IMG/VR virus record: IMGVR_UViG_3300019752_000001
Reading direction: 5' to 3' (one strand)
DNA length: 64,000 bases
Origin: a virus
Part shown: positions 50,765-60,710 of the stretch, one piece after another
Position numbering within the stretch: the first letter of the stretch is position 1
Layout of the letters: each line of letters opens with the position of its first letter
The notes under the pieces: generated by a model
What the model was told of the DNA's origin: nothing
The model's database searches: none
What the model saw: only the letters and a program-made list of their open reading frames with translations
Position numbers and translations under genes: made by a program

Positions 50765-52477
50765 CTACATAACACCAAGCTTACTACGGATCTCAGATAG
50801 AGTGTATTGGTTGTAGAGTTCACCATCCTCAAACACAACCTTCAGCTCCCCTTGAGCTTCCTGTTCAACAGTTTGGTTATCATATGTCACATACATCTCC
50901 TGTCCATCTTCTCCCTTCTCAAGCTCAACACGTAACAATCCTTCACGAGAAGCCTTAGACATATCGGTCTTAGGAGTTTTGTTCATACCAAAACCTTCAC
51001 CACCTACTACGGAGTAACCTCCCTTCAACGCAATACCATAAGAATCTCGTGAGGAGTTTTTCAGCTTAGCCCAACTACCAACACCAAGCAATAGGTTTGT
51101 TACACAGAATCCTAATTCTTCCATACGGCTATAGATAGCTTCTTGCATCTCCATTGTAATAGCTTCTCCGTAGATCAGTCCAACAGAAGGATGCAACACT
51201 TTATAACCTTTCTCGTTAACCACCCCTCCAAACACTTCCCAGAGTATTTGTAAACTACCCTTCACTTCTTCTTCTGAGATTTCCTTGTAACTGAGGTTTC
51301 CATCAACTTCATAATATTTACCTGAAGTTTTGCACCGGAACACCTGATAACCTCGTTGTATTAATGATGGGGTGATGAGGTTGTTAAGACCCCGTCCTTG
51401 TAGGTAAGGTCTGAAGTTAGGAATATCTTTATACCGTTCACCACAAATAACTTCTAGTGGGGTTTTAGGGCTGCTATCAGGACGGAACACAAGCTTACCA
51501 GGCAAACCTAAAGAGTCTGGCTCACGGGACACAATTACAGGTTCAAGCTTAGCAGCTAGCTCTGAGATAACGTAATAGTAATCTTTACTATCTGCTACAT
51601 AACTCAGAATGCCACGTGGGTAAACATCTGTCAGGAGACGCTTAAGACTCTCTTCTTCACTTCCGTAATAATGGATACCTTGTGTGGTTGTTGCGTGTTC
51701 AGTTGCATTAACAGAGACGCCAACCCATTCCTTATCACTATCTGCACCATAATATTGTTCAAGTCCATCAATAGCCCATAAAGTGTCTGTTCCAACACCA
51801 AACATAAGGTGTGCTACTCCAGACATCATAGCATCCTGATCACCACGCAGACCACGAGCTGAGAAGTCATGGTTAGCAATAGGCAACCAAGCAGCAGCTG
51901 CTTCTGGAGTAGCAGTCTTCTCAGCCCAGCGCTTACTTGTCAGGAAATACTGTTGAGCTACGGATGCAGAGTTACACATTGACCACACCATACAACTCAG
52001 GAATGTCTCACAATTGTTTGTCAACCAGAAGAAGCGATCATCTGTATTAACTACTGTGAAGAATGGTGTGTTCTTATTAACCAAACTACCTTCAGGGAGG
52101 GACTTAATACGCAGAGGAAGATAACCTAGATCATGTAGGTCAGCCATAGCAGCAATCTGTACATCTCCGTTGTCAGGGCCTACACAGTTTTTAACCCGAC
52201 GACGATAGGCATTGATAACTTTTTCTTTAGGCTGACTGAAGAATGTAGCATTCCAGTTATCCTTCAACATGTGTACAGCCAACTGAACACCCACCATCAC
52301 CATCTTATCGGTGTTGTTCTGAGGGATTGTGTGAGCCAGTCTGAAGTTACGAGCTGTACAGCTGCTGTACACTACCTCTGTTCCAGGGACATACTGTTCA
52401 ATATGACCTAGTTTATAAGCATCTGTCTTGTGAGCTTGAGAGATGGCGAAAATTGAATTGTTCATTGTGTTAATCAT
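50765..52477 (-). CDS. Nampt-family protein (probable NARP1 Namat)
   Basis: TDAYKLGH..QY, HDFSARG, GTDT, ATEH, VFRPDS, GLIYGEAIT. Confidence 0.9.
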   Translation of the reverse strand: MINTMNNSIFAISQAHKTDAYKLGHIEQYVPGTEVVYSSCTARNFRLAHTIPQNNTDKMVMVGVQLAVHMLKDNWNATFFSQPKEKVINAYRRRVKNCVGPDNGDVQIAAMADLHDLGYLPLRIKSLPEGSLVNKNTPFFTVVNTDDRFFWLTNNCETFLSCMVWSMCNSASVAQQYFLTSKRWAEKTATPEAAAAWLPIANHDFSARGLRGDQDAMMSGVAHLMFGVGTDTLWAIDGLEQYYGADSDKEWVGVSVNATEHATTTQGIHYYGSEEESLKRLLTDVYPRGILSYVADSKDYYYVISELAAKLEPVIVSREPDSLGLPGKLVFRPDSSPKTPLEVICGERYKDIPNFRPYLQGRGLNNLITPSLIQRGYQVFRCKTSGKYYEVDGNLSYKEISEEEVKGSLQILWEVFGGVVNEKGYKVLHPSVGLIYGEAITMEMQEAIYSRMEELGFCVTNLLLGVGSWAKLKNSSRDSYGIALKGGYSVVGGEGFGMNKTPKTDMSKASREGLLRVELEKGEDGQEMYVTYDNQTVEQEAQGELKVVFEDGELYNQYTLSEIRSKLGVM

Positions 52478-52815
52478 ACTTTGTTCTCCTGTTTTACGAA
52501 AATAGCGTGGAAATAATTACAGAAATCATAAGCTTCTGAGTTTACTACACCGGAAGAGGAACTGCTTAGTGTATACCCTTGAGCTAATAGTTCATTACAC
52601 TCCTTTTCAAACTCTGCTGGTGTTAATACGTCTACAACTTTTACAGAAGGTGTAGTTATGTCTTCCTGAACCTTCTCCTCAAAAACTGTTCCATCCTTAA
52701 CCCACTCCCAAGTTATATATCGGGGATTAACAGCTCCACAGTCACAAACCCAACCATTACGCCCTTCCATTACAGAACTCTTGCAGACATCACAAGAAAT
52801 AACTGAATGCCCCAT
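52474..52815 (-). CDS. Zn-ribbon hypothetical protein between the Prs and Nampt genes
   Basis: CxxC...CxC. Confidence 0.5.
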   Translation of the reverse strand: MGHSVISCDVCKSSVMEGRNGWVCDCGAVNPRYITWEWVKDGTVFEEKVQEDITTPSVKVVDVLTPAEFEKECNELLAQGYTLSSSSSGVVNSEAYDFCNYFHAIFVKQENKV

Positions 52816-52826
52816 AACTTTCTCCT

Positions 52827-53684
52827 TTAATATGTGTAGTTTAATTTCATCAGTTTGATACGTTCATCTTTGCAGTAACCAAACAAACTATCTGTTGTCC
52901 AGATGTCATCAACTCCTCCCTCAAAGATGTGATCAACTCCGTTAGGGAATATACCATGTACAACACAAAGTACAACCTTTGCAGCTCCCTTTTCCTTAAG
53001 CTTCTTTGCCAGAGCTATAAAGGTTCCTCCGTTATCACAGATGTCATCAAAGATATAACATGTTCGTCCCACCACTTCATCATCTTTACAATACACTTCT
53101 GTAGATGTGATTGCACCAGATACTACATCTCGCACTTTAGCTGCTTGTACTACACGGGATATACTGAGCTTCTTACAAACTTTCAAACTCTTCTTGCTAG
53201 CACCTGCGTCAGGGATAACCACAACGTCCTGATCAGAAATGATGTTATGGAAAGGTCTAAACACTTCTTCTTGCTTAACTTCAATGCAGCGAGCTAAGCA
53301 GGCTGTTGCCACATCTGAGTGGCTATCCACCACCATAACCAAGTCAAACTGCATAGCGTTGATTGCTTCACAGAATACCTTAATAGATAATGCTTCTCCA
53401 TTGTCCATAACACGATCCTGTCGAGCATATGGAATGTAGGGCATACGAAGCTTCATATGAGAGGGACGACACATACGAACTACAGCATCCTTCAGCATCA
53501 TAAGGATAATTAAATCCTCTGGCTTAGACATCTTAGCTTCAATCGTACAAGCCTGTCCACAGAAGACAGTAAAAGGAGGAAGAAGTTTTACATTAACCTC
53601 TCCTCCACTAAAGACTGAATAGGTGAACGGGATAGTTTGTGTCCCATATTGAATATCGAATCGTTCATTAACTCTTGTCATCAT
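52827..53684 (-). CDS. Prs-family pyrophosphokinase (probable NARP1 Adps)
   Basis: FSGGEVNV, MPYIPYARQDR, VDSHS, PDAGA, DDICDNGGTF. Confidence 0.9.
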   Translation of the reverse strand: MMTRVNERFDIQYGTQTIPFTYSVFSGGEVNVKLLPPFTVFCGQACTIEAKMSKPEDLIILMMLKDAVVRMCRPSHMKLRMPYIPYARQDRVMDNGEALSIKVFCEAINAMQFDLVMVVDSHSDVATACLARCIEVKQEEVFRPFHNIISDQDVVVIPDAGASKKSLKVCKKLSISRVVQAAKVRDVVSGAITSTEVYCKDDEVVGRTCYIFDDICDNGGTFIALAKKLKEKGAAKVVLCVVHGIFPNGVDHIFEGGVDDIWTTDSLFGYCKDERIKLMKLNYTY

Positions 53685-53692
53685 TTGTTCTC

Positions 53693-54727
53693 CTATTTAT
53701 GTTTTTCTTTCTGCCTCAACCACTCATCACGAGCAGCCTCATGGTCTAGTTTTTCCTGCAGGTTGTCAAGCCAAACTTGTTTATATTCTTCTTCTTCCTT
53801 CTCAAGAGTTGATACAGTTAGCATCTCAGAGAGAGGAACAATATGACAGATGAACACACTTGTATCTGTATGCTTACTGAAACCTTCCTCTACATTTAAA
53901 TACATAATACAGGGGTACTCTGACCACACCCCAGTATCAAGCTCCAAAGAGTCTTGTGAATACAAATTCCAGGTAGTAGAGATATAAGCCTTCTGATCCA
54001 CAAAAGCAAGGTAAGGGTTATTATGGAAGGTTGGTAACGTTACTGCGTGGTGTCCATAGATGTTCTCTTCCTCGTCGTTGAAAGAGGTGTCTTCTTTAAC
54101 ACCCACTCCACAGGTGTACATACTCTCTTCATCCATACCTGTCTTGCTGAAGAACTTCCTCACCTCTTCTTCACTATTGAACAAGAACATCTTCCCAGTA
54201 GGAATTCCCCAAAAGATTGGCAGGTCGTTTAGTGGTTTGTTTTCTTTATCAGTCATTCACCAACTCCATATTTTCTTCAAACTCTTCCTTAGTGAAGTAA
54301 GTTGTAGAGTTTACTGCCACATATGGTTGATCCCCTTCAACATACCATTTATCTCCTGACCAGAAACCCTCTACACCTGTTGTTAGTATGTGTGGCCAAT
54401 ATTCTAAGAAGCAATGCCCTCCAAAGACTGTAGCCTCTAACTGTGCAGCACTTTTCGCTCTAGCTTTCATTCTTCTTCTCCTGCTTTGTCCAGAAGAGCT
54501 TCCAACATAAGCCCTGCCTGTAGTGCATGATTATCAAAATCCCCACGAATCTTACTACGTTCAGCCTCCTGTAAGGCTTCTTGGTGCTCAAGAATCTCTT
54601 CCATATAGGAATACAGATCTTCTGCTAAACTGTGCATACCAATTGTATCAAGTGCTCGTGATTTAGACTGTAATGCACTTGCAACTCTGATAAGCCCTGT
54701 ATGTGCCTGTTCTGTAGCTACACTCAT
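53693..54727 (-). CDS. three hypothetical proteins
   Basis: ORFs 53693-54256, 54249-54470, 54467-54727. Confidence 0.5.
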
Positions 54728-54767
54728 ATCCGTTCTCCTGTGAAGGTGTTTGAAGTTGATGACTAGA

Positions 54768-54838
54768 ATAGTAATAGAGCTTCCTCTTCCTGTCAACACA
54801 AACATTTATATTGACAACATTAAACATTCAGTTACTAT
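54768..54838. promoter_or_regulatory. divergent sigma70 promoter pair at the strand switch
   Basis: - strand TTGACA-17-TACTAT (54796-54768); + strand TTGACA-16-TACTAT (54811-54838). Confidence 0.8.
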
Positions 54839-54872
54839 GAGGGCATCACTTAGACAACGAGGTAAACGCACA

Positions 54873-55520
54873 ATGAAGACTAATAATCCTGGTAACAACA
54901 ATCCCCCTAAGTATGTCAAAGGAGAAGCCCCTCAGTTCAATGAAACATCATTGAACAAGGTTTGGAATGAAGCGACTAGCATGACTACTGATCAGCTAAT
55001 TGCTAAGATCCAGAAGCTGCACACTGCTGTAGCCAAGAAGAATAAAGGCTGGCACCGTGCTGAGAAGGCTCTCCCTATGTGGAAGTTTGTAGCAGATAAA
55101 AGTGGAGTGGTGTGGGAAGGAGAGGATGATAAAGCTTTCCAACAAGTTGTAGATGCAGAGTTAATTCTTGCGCAACAATATAGTAAGAAAAGTGAACGAG
55201 CTAAACAACGATCTGTTGAATGGAAGTTGACATTTGCTCAGTTTAAGAAGATCATGTCACGACGTACCTGTGCATATACGGGAAACAAGTTTACAGAGGT
55301 TAACTTTCCAACACTAGATAGACTTGATCCAGGAAAACCTTACATTGTAGGGAATGTGTATAAGGTGGGTAATGTAGCTAATCAGTTAAAGAATACTCTG
55401 TTTGAGAAGCCTAGTAATCAACCTGCTAATCTGAGTATGCGTATCAAGTTTGAAGATATGGAGAAGTTGATGGCAGGACTGAAAAAGGTAGGGTTTGATA
55501 AAGTAGTTGTTGAACGTTAA
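54873..55520 (+). CDS. T4 Srd-like protein (HNH-related fold)
   Basis: AKQRSVEWKLTF..FKKIM...CAYTG...TLDRLD..KPY..GNV.....ANQLK. Confidence 0.65.
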   Translation: MKTNNPGNNNPPKYVKGEAPQFNETSLNKVWNEATSMTTDQLIAKIQKLHTAVAKKNKGWHRAEKALPMWKFVADKSGVVWEGEDDKAFQQVVDAELILAQQYSKKSERAKQRSVEWKLTFAQFKKIMSRRTCAYTGNKFTEVNFPTLDRLDPGKPYIVGNVYKVGNVANQLKNTLFEKPSNQPANLSMRIKFEDMEKLMAGLKKVGFDKVVVER

Positions 55521-55696
55521 TTTAAGTCCGTAGTAGGAGAGGGATGTGAAAAACTTTTATGGGAAAGCTCTACAAGCTAAACGTGTACGACAGCTTATGG
55601 ATGCTACTGAACAAGAACATCCCAGGGATGTAAACTGGGAAGAAGTGAATGAAGAGATTGATAAAATTAACCTGACAGTTTTGGACATGGAGTTAT

Positions 55697-56086
55697 ATGA
55701 AGATGACTGAACAAGATAAGAAAGATGTTGCAGAGTTTTTAGGAAATAAGGATAAGAGGTCTTTATATCATTGTAGTAAAGACCTTAAGCTCTTAGCTAC
55801 AGAAACAGGAAAAGGTAATGTACTATCAGAAGGAGACCTTATGTTTGGGATATGTAACGCTATACCAGACAGTAATATTGTTTGTGTTTTAAGCCTGTAC
55901 TGGTTAGAGTTCTCTGGAAAAATCGCTTACCCGGTTCCTCACCCAACAGGTGCCCGCACTGGATTCGATAATTCTGACAACCTCTGGATAGGAGAATATG
56001 GAGCAGCCCGAAAACGTCTCTGTCTATGGCTGGCTGAAACAATTGACAACTTCTTAATAAAAATAGGGGTAGAAGATGTCCAATAA
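55697..56086 (+). CDS. GIC/PVP/GEYG family paralog 4
   Basis: GICNAI..WLEFSG..YPVP..LWIGEYGAARKRLCLWL. Confidence 0.65.
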   Translation: MKMTEQDKKDVAEFLGNKDKRSLYHCSKDLKLLATETGKGNVLSEGDLMFGICNAIPDSNIVCVLSLYWLEFSGKIAYPVPHPTGARTGFDNSDNLWIGEYGAARKRLCLWLAETIDNFLIKIGVEDVQ

Positions 56087-57303
56087 TTCCTCCTCCTGTA
56101 CACCTTGTTTGAGAAGCGCATTCAAAAACACTTCTGAAAGCACCTTGAACATTGAGAACGGTGATAGTTTCATTCGTCAACTACGTTTGAAGTTGGCTGC
56201 TGAGTTTTATATCACAGAGCAGAATAAACCGGGGGATAAGAAGATTCCTGGCATTGCATGTGCGAAACAGTCCTTGACTTTGGCTGATACTTTGATTAAA
56301 GTTGAGGAAGAAATTTACGGAACAGGAGAGGATGTATGAACAACACAACTACAGCCAAACCACCTTGTAAACTCATCTTCGCAGACTTCAAGAACAAGGT
56401 GAAAGTTGGTGAGCGTTATGTAACTCAAACTCCATGGATGTGTAATGTCTGTGGACACAGCTACCTGTACACACCAGAAGTTGATCGTAAACCTGGGCAG
56501 AAGGTTATGAAGTATCTACCTCTTACTGTGAATATTCCAGTAGCTAATAAAATGAATAAGGTAGAGATGAAAGATACGGTAATAAACGTTTGTGAGAAGT
56601 GTGCTGATCAAGTACACTTGGCATTCCAAGAATAAGGAGAAATACTATGAAACCTACTAAGAAAACCAAAGCTTACAAAGCTACGATGAAAAAGATTAAG
56701 AAGCTACCTATAAAGGTGATGAAGGCTAAGGATGTCCCTGAGGGTGCCGATGTTATAGATGAGGAAGGAGACTTCCTAGCACTTCACTCAGATGGTAAAT
56801 TAACCTTGTGGAGTTTAAAAAGTCAATGGTCTGATATTAAAGGTTTCCATAGTTTGCAGGACTTGTTCGGTGCTAAACGGATCAAAATCAAGCGTAAGAA
56901 GAAGGCTAAGCCAGTTATTACTCCAGACCTTACTCCAGACCTTACTCCAGCAGAACTACCCAGTTTTCCTTTTAAGCTGACATGCGGAGATCGTCCTGAA
57001 GTGAGGGCGTGGCTGGAGAGTAAAGGGTGTAATTGGGTTAGCGGGAGATATTTAACTGGTTGGAAAACAGAGGAGAAAACAATCTATGTATCTGGTTCCT
57101 CCGTGTACCTTTCGGTTGTTGAAGTAGGTAACTATCCAGAGATTAACCTTGCATTTCTTGGCGGTGTTGTAGTTGATTGGAGTTGCTCACCCTCTAACAA
57201 AACCCGTTTACAAGAAGCTCTGGATAGTTTAACCTCTGCAAACAATCAAGCACAAGAAGCTGCTAACACTGTTCAGCAGATTATCGATACTATGGAAGAA
57301 TAA
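56076..57303 (+). CDS. three hypothetical proteins
   Basis: ORFs 56076-56339, 56336-56635 (two CxxC), 56647-57303. Confidence 0.5.
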
Positions 57304-57313
57304 GGAGAGGAGT

Positions 57314-58408
57314 ATGACTAAACTTGAATTATCCATCGACCCAGAAGGACTTCCTGGTTGGGGAGTTTGGGAGGCTGTACGAGAGTTTGTACAGAATTGG
57401 GCAGACAATACTGAAGATAGTGATTGGTTCTGGAATGACAACTATGATGGACGTGGAGGTTATCTTTACCTGAGTAACAAAAACACATCACTACCTCGTA
57501 AGTCGCTTCTCGTAGGCAATAGTACAAAACGTGAGGATAACACTACACGAGGTCGTCATGGGGATGGACTTAAGTCTGCTATGGCTGTATTGTTACGTCA
57601 AGGAAAAGAGATTAGAATTCATAACGATAATGTTGTGTGGACTCCAACTCTCTCTCATTCTGACATATACGGTTGCGAGCTTCTAACTATTGTTGAGCAG
57701 GAAGTTGATAGTACAGGGCACTTAGAAGTTTTCATTACTATGACCTGTGAAGATTTTGAAACTGTTATAGCTAACTGTCTACTCCTCCAAGAAGATGGTC
57801 GTAAGCTACATTCAACAGATAAAGGTGACATCCTTCTTGACGAAGAGTACAAAGGTAAGATATTCTGTGGAGGGATCTATGTAAACACTCTTCAGCAGCT
57901 TGAGTATGGATATGACTTCAAACCTGAAGTGTTGTCCCTTGACCGAGACAGACAAGCTATAGACTCCTTTGATATTAAGTGGATCACTAAGGAGATGTGG
58001 CGAGAGATCGGAACAGACCCTGACAAAGCTTCTGATGTAGCTGAGATGATCCATGATGAGATTGAAGATACTAAGTACTTAGTAAGTCACGCAAGTCCTT
58101 CTACCTCCCTGAAAGAGGCAGCTATGGAGATCTATAGAGACAATTACCAAGGGAATATGCTTGCTGAGAGTTTTGTAGAGGCTGAGGAGCTTAAAGCTGC
58201 AGGCAATGATAATGTTGTCTACCTGGGCAAAGAAGACTTCACGAACCTTGTGAAGTCTTCTGACAAGTATAAGACTATTGACTTTGGGATCGTACAGACT
58301 GTCAAAACTTCTCCCAAGGAAAAGGTTGAAAATTGGCTTGAAGAATGGCAAGATGAAATCACAGAAGAGGTGTACATCTCACTGCAAGACTTGATCAATA
58401 CTTTATAA
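57314..58408 (+). CDS. GHKL (Hsp90/MutL-type) ATPase domain protein
   Basis: EAVREFVQNWAD, LLVGNSTK, GRHGDGLK. Confidence 0.75.
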   Translation: MTKLELSIDPEGLPGWGVWEAVREFVQNWADNTEDSDWFWNDNYDGRGGYLYLSNKNTSLPRKSLLVGNSTKREDNTTRGRHGDGLKSAMAVLLRQGKEIRIHNDNVVWTPTLSHSDIYGCELLTIVEQEVDSTGHLEVFITMTCEDFETVIANCLLLQEDGRKLHSTDKGDILLDEEYKGKIFCGGIYVNTLQQLEYGYDFKPEVLSLDRDRQAIDSFDIKWITKEMWREIGTDPDKASDVAEMIHDEIEDTKYLVSHASPSTSLKEAAMEIYRDNYQGNMLAESFVEAEELKAAGNDNVVYLGKEDFTNLVKSSDKYKTIDFGIVQTVKTSPKEKVENWLEEWQDEITEEVYISLQDLINTL

Positions 58409-58459
58409 ACCATCTCACAAACTACTTTGTAATTAAGATAAACCTAAGAGGAAACAGAC

Positions 58460-58753
58460 ATGACTACTAACAACACCACTACACGTACCATCCGTAACAT
58501 TGTCCTGCTTGATGAAGATTCAAAGCTTCCTGTGGCTGATTCCATTGTTCATAACTTTGGAGATATTGTGACAGAAGATTGTGATCAAGCTACTCTGATG
58601 CAGCTTATGGTTGATCACGATATTAAAGGTATTATTGATAAACACAACAGTGTGCTAGCTAATCGCGCTAATCAGACAGTGTTGGAACGTACAGGTAAAA
58701 GGGTAATGCTACCTCCTATCACTATTAAGGACTTGTCTTGGAAGATTAAGTGA
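58460..58753 (+). CDS. hypothetical protein
   Basis: GAGG RBS. Confidence 0.55.
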   Translation: MTTNNTTTRTIRNIVLLDEDSKLPVADSIVHNFGDIVTEDCDQATLMQLMVDHDIKGIIDKHNSVLANRANQTVLERTGKRVMLPPITIKDLSWKIK

Positions 58754-58833
58754 CCGAAAGAGATATATTGAAATAATAACTAGACAGGAGAGATTATACC
58801 TTCTCTCCTTCACCATTTTATGTAGGAGGTGTT

Positions 58834-60678
58834 TTGGGAGATATTGTAGTAAGGCATAAGGAGTGTATAAATCCTTCTTGTGAGTCAAGTGACGCACTCT
58901 CAGTGTATGAAGAAGAGTTAGATAATGGTGATGTTGAATACAATGCCACTTGCTATAGTTGTGAACAATTCTTTACACAGAAACAATTAGCAGCCTCCTA
59001 CTTAGGTGAAGAACTAGGTATAACAAGTGAAGGAGGATACACATCAGGAGGTAGGAATAAATTGGTTGTCAAAGCAAAACCTAAAAAATATATTACAGAT
59101 GAACAAATTCAGCATGTAAAAAATATTAGTGTTACAGATAAGACTAAGTATCGTACACTTGTCCCTGGAGTTAATTCTAAGTATAAGGTGTTGTCTGAGT
59201 TTAATAAAGATGATGATCTTATTAAACGATACTATCCTGTGTATGATATTGAAGAAGCTAAACTTTGTGGTTATAAGATCAGAGTTGTGGCTACAAAGGA
59301 TTTCTACTCAGTAGGTCACACAGGAGACTCTACAGCCCTCTTTGGACAACATGCTATGAAGCCTGGAGGTAAGTATGTGGGGTTGTTTGGTGGTGAAGAG
59401 GATGCGTTAGCTGCCTACTCAATGTTGGCTAAGGACCAAGCTGCTAAGGGTTATGACCCTATAGCTTGTGTTTCTCCATCTACATCTGAAACAGCCTCTA
59501 TCAAGAATGTTAAGCAGAACTATGAGTGGCTTGACACCTTTGAGAGAATTATCATTGGTTTTGATGATGATGCTAAAGGTAAAGAGTATGCTGTGAAGGT
59601 AGCTGAGGTATGCCCTCCTGGTAAAGCTTACCTTATGAAGATGCCTGTCCCAAAAGATCCTTGTGATGTTAAGATTGCAGGTAAAGAGAAGGAATTTGTT
59701 CGGGCCTTCTACTGGGAAAGTGTTAAGTATAAACCTCAAGGTATTGTTGGTAGTGGTGAACTAGAAGATGCTGTATTTGAAGAGTTGATGGTTGAGAAGA
59801 TACCCCTACCACCCTTCATGTTAGGTCTTCAGAATAAACTCGCTGGAGGGATACCATTAGGTGTTATTGTAAATATTGGAGCAGCTTCAGGATGCGGGAA
59901 GACTAGTATTATCAATGAGATGATCTATTATTGGTTGTTTCACAGCCCTCACAAGGTAGGTGTAGTTAGCTTAGAGTTGTCTAAAGGCCAGTATGGTATG
60001 GCTATGCTATCAAGACACCTTGGTAAGAAACTACAGCTATTTGAAAAGCCACAAGATGCAGTTGACTTTGTAAGATTACCAAAAAACCAAGAAGCTCGGT
60101 CTAAATTGTGGAGGGATGAAGAAGGAGAACATCGATGGTATCTTGTTGATGAACGTGAAGGTAGTGTTGAAGATATAAAGAACCTTATTAGTCAGCTTGT
60201 CATCTCATGTGGTTGTAAAGTTATAGTTCTTGATCCTCTACAGGATATTTTAGATGCTATGTCTAACGAAGATCAGGCCAACTTTATGAAGTTCCAGAAG
60301 AGCATGATTAAATCTGGTATCACCTTCGTTAACATAAACCATGTAAGGAAGAGTGGTAGTGGGGAAAAGGCAGGCAGTCAAGGTAAGGACTTGGTAGAAG
60401 AGGACTTCGCAGGAAGCAGTACCATCTTCAAATCTGGTGCTATCAATCTACTTATGATGAGGGATAAGGAAGCTGAAGATGAAATTATGAAGAACACTAT
60501 AATACCTAAGCTTAGTAAGAATCGTGGTCCTGGTTTTACAGGTTATGTAGATCCTTGGTATTACGACTTTAAGACACACACAATACATGACAAGAAAACT
60601 TACTTCGAAAACAATAGTATAGAAGGTGCTGTAGCTTCTGATGATAAAGATGACTTCGTAGGAAGTTTTAAAGAATGA
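58834..60678 (+). CDS. T7 gp4-like primase-helicase
   Basis: N-terminal Zn finger, TOPRIM (GEEDAL, FDDDAKG), Walker A AASGCGKT, VLDPL, HVRK. Confidence 0.93.
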   Translation: MGDIVVRHKECINPSCESSDALSVYEEELDNGDVEYNATCYSCEQFFTQKQLAASYLGEELGITSEGGYTSGGRNKLVVKAKPKKYITDEQIQHVKNISVTDKTKYRTLVPGVNSKYKVLSEFNKDDDLIKRYYPVYDIEEAKLCGYKIRVVATKDFYSVGHTGDSTALFGQHAMKPGGKYVGLFGGEEDALAAYSMLAKDQAAKGYDPIACVSPSTSETASIKNVKQNYEWLDTFERIIIGFDDDAKGKEYAVKVAEVCPPGKAYLMKMPVPKDPCDVKIAGKEKEFVRAFYWESVKYKPQGIVGSGELEDAVFEELMVEKIPLPPFMLGLQNKLAGGIPLGVIVNIGAASGCGKTSIINEMIYYWLFHSPHKVGVVSLELSKGQYGMAMLSRHLGKKLQLFEKPQDAVDFVRLPKNQEARSKLWRDEEGEHRWYLVDEREGSVEDIKNLISQLVISCGCKVIVLDPLQDILDAMSNEDQANFMKFQKSMIKSGITFVNINHVRKSGSGEKAGSQGKDLVEEDFAGSSTIFKSGAINLLMMRDKEAEDEIMKNTIIPKLSKNRGPGFTGYVDPWYYDFKTHTIHDKKTYFENNSIEGAVASDDKDDFVGSFKE

Positions 60679-60710
60679 TATAACACTTATTAATATAATA
60701 GGAGATACTA

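Noticed and set aside
56920-56952. 12-bp tandem (TPDL)x2-3 here and the STEG repeat at ~17755
   Set aside because: In-frame slippage duplications in linkers; ordinary.
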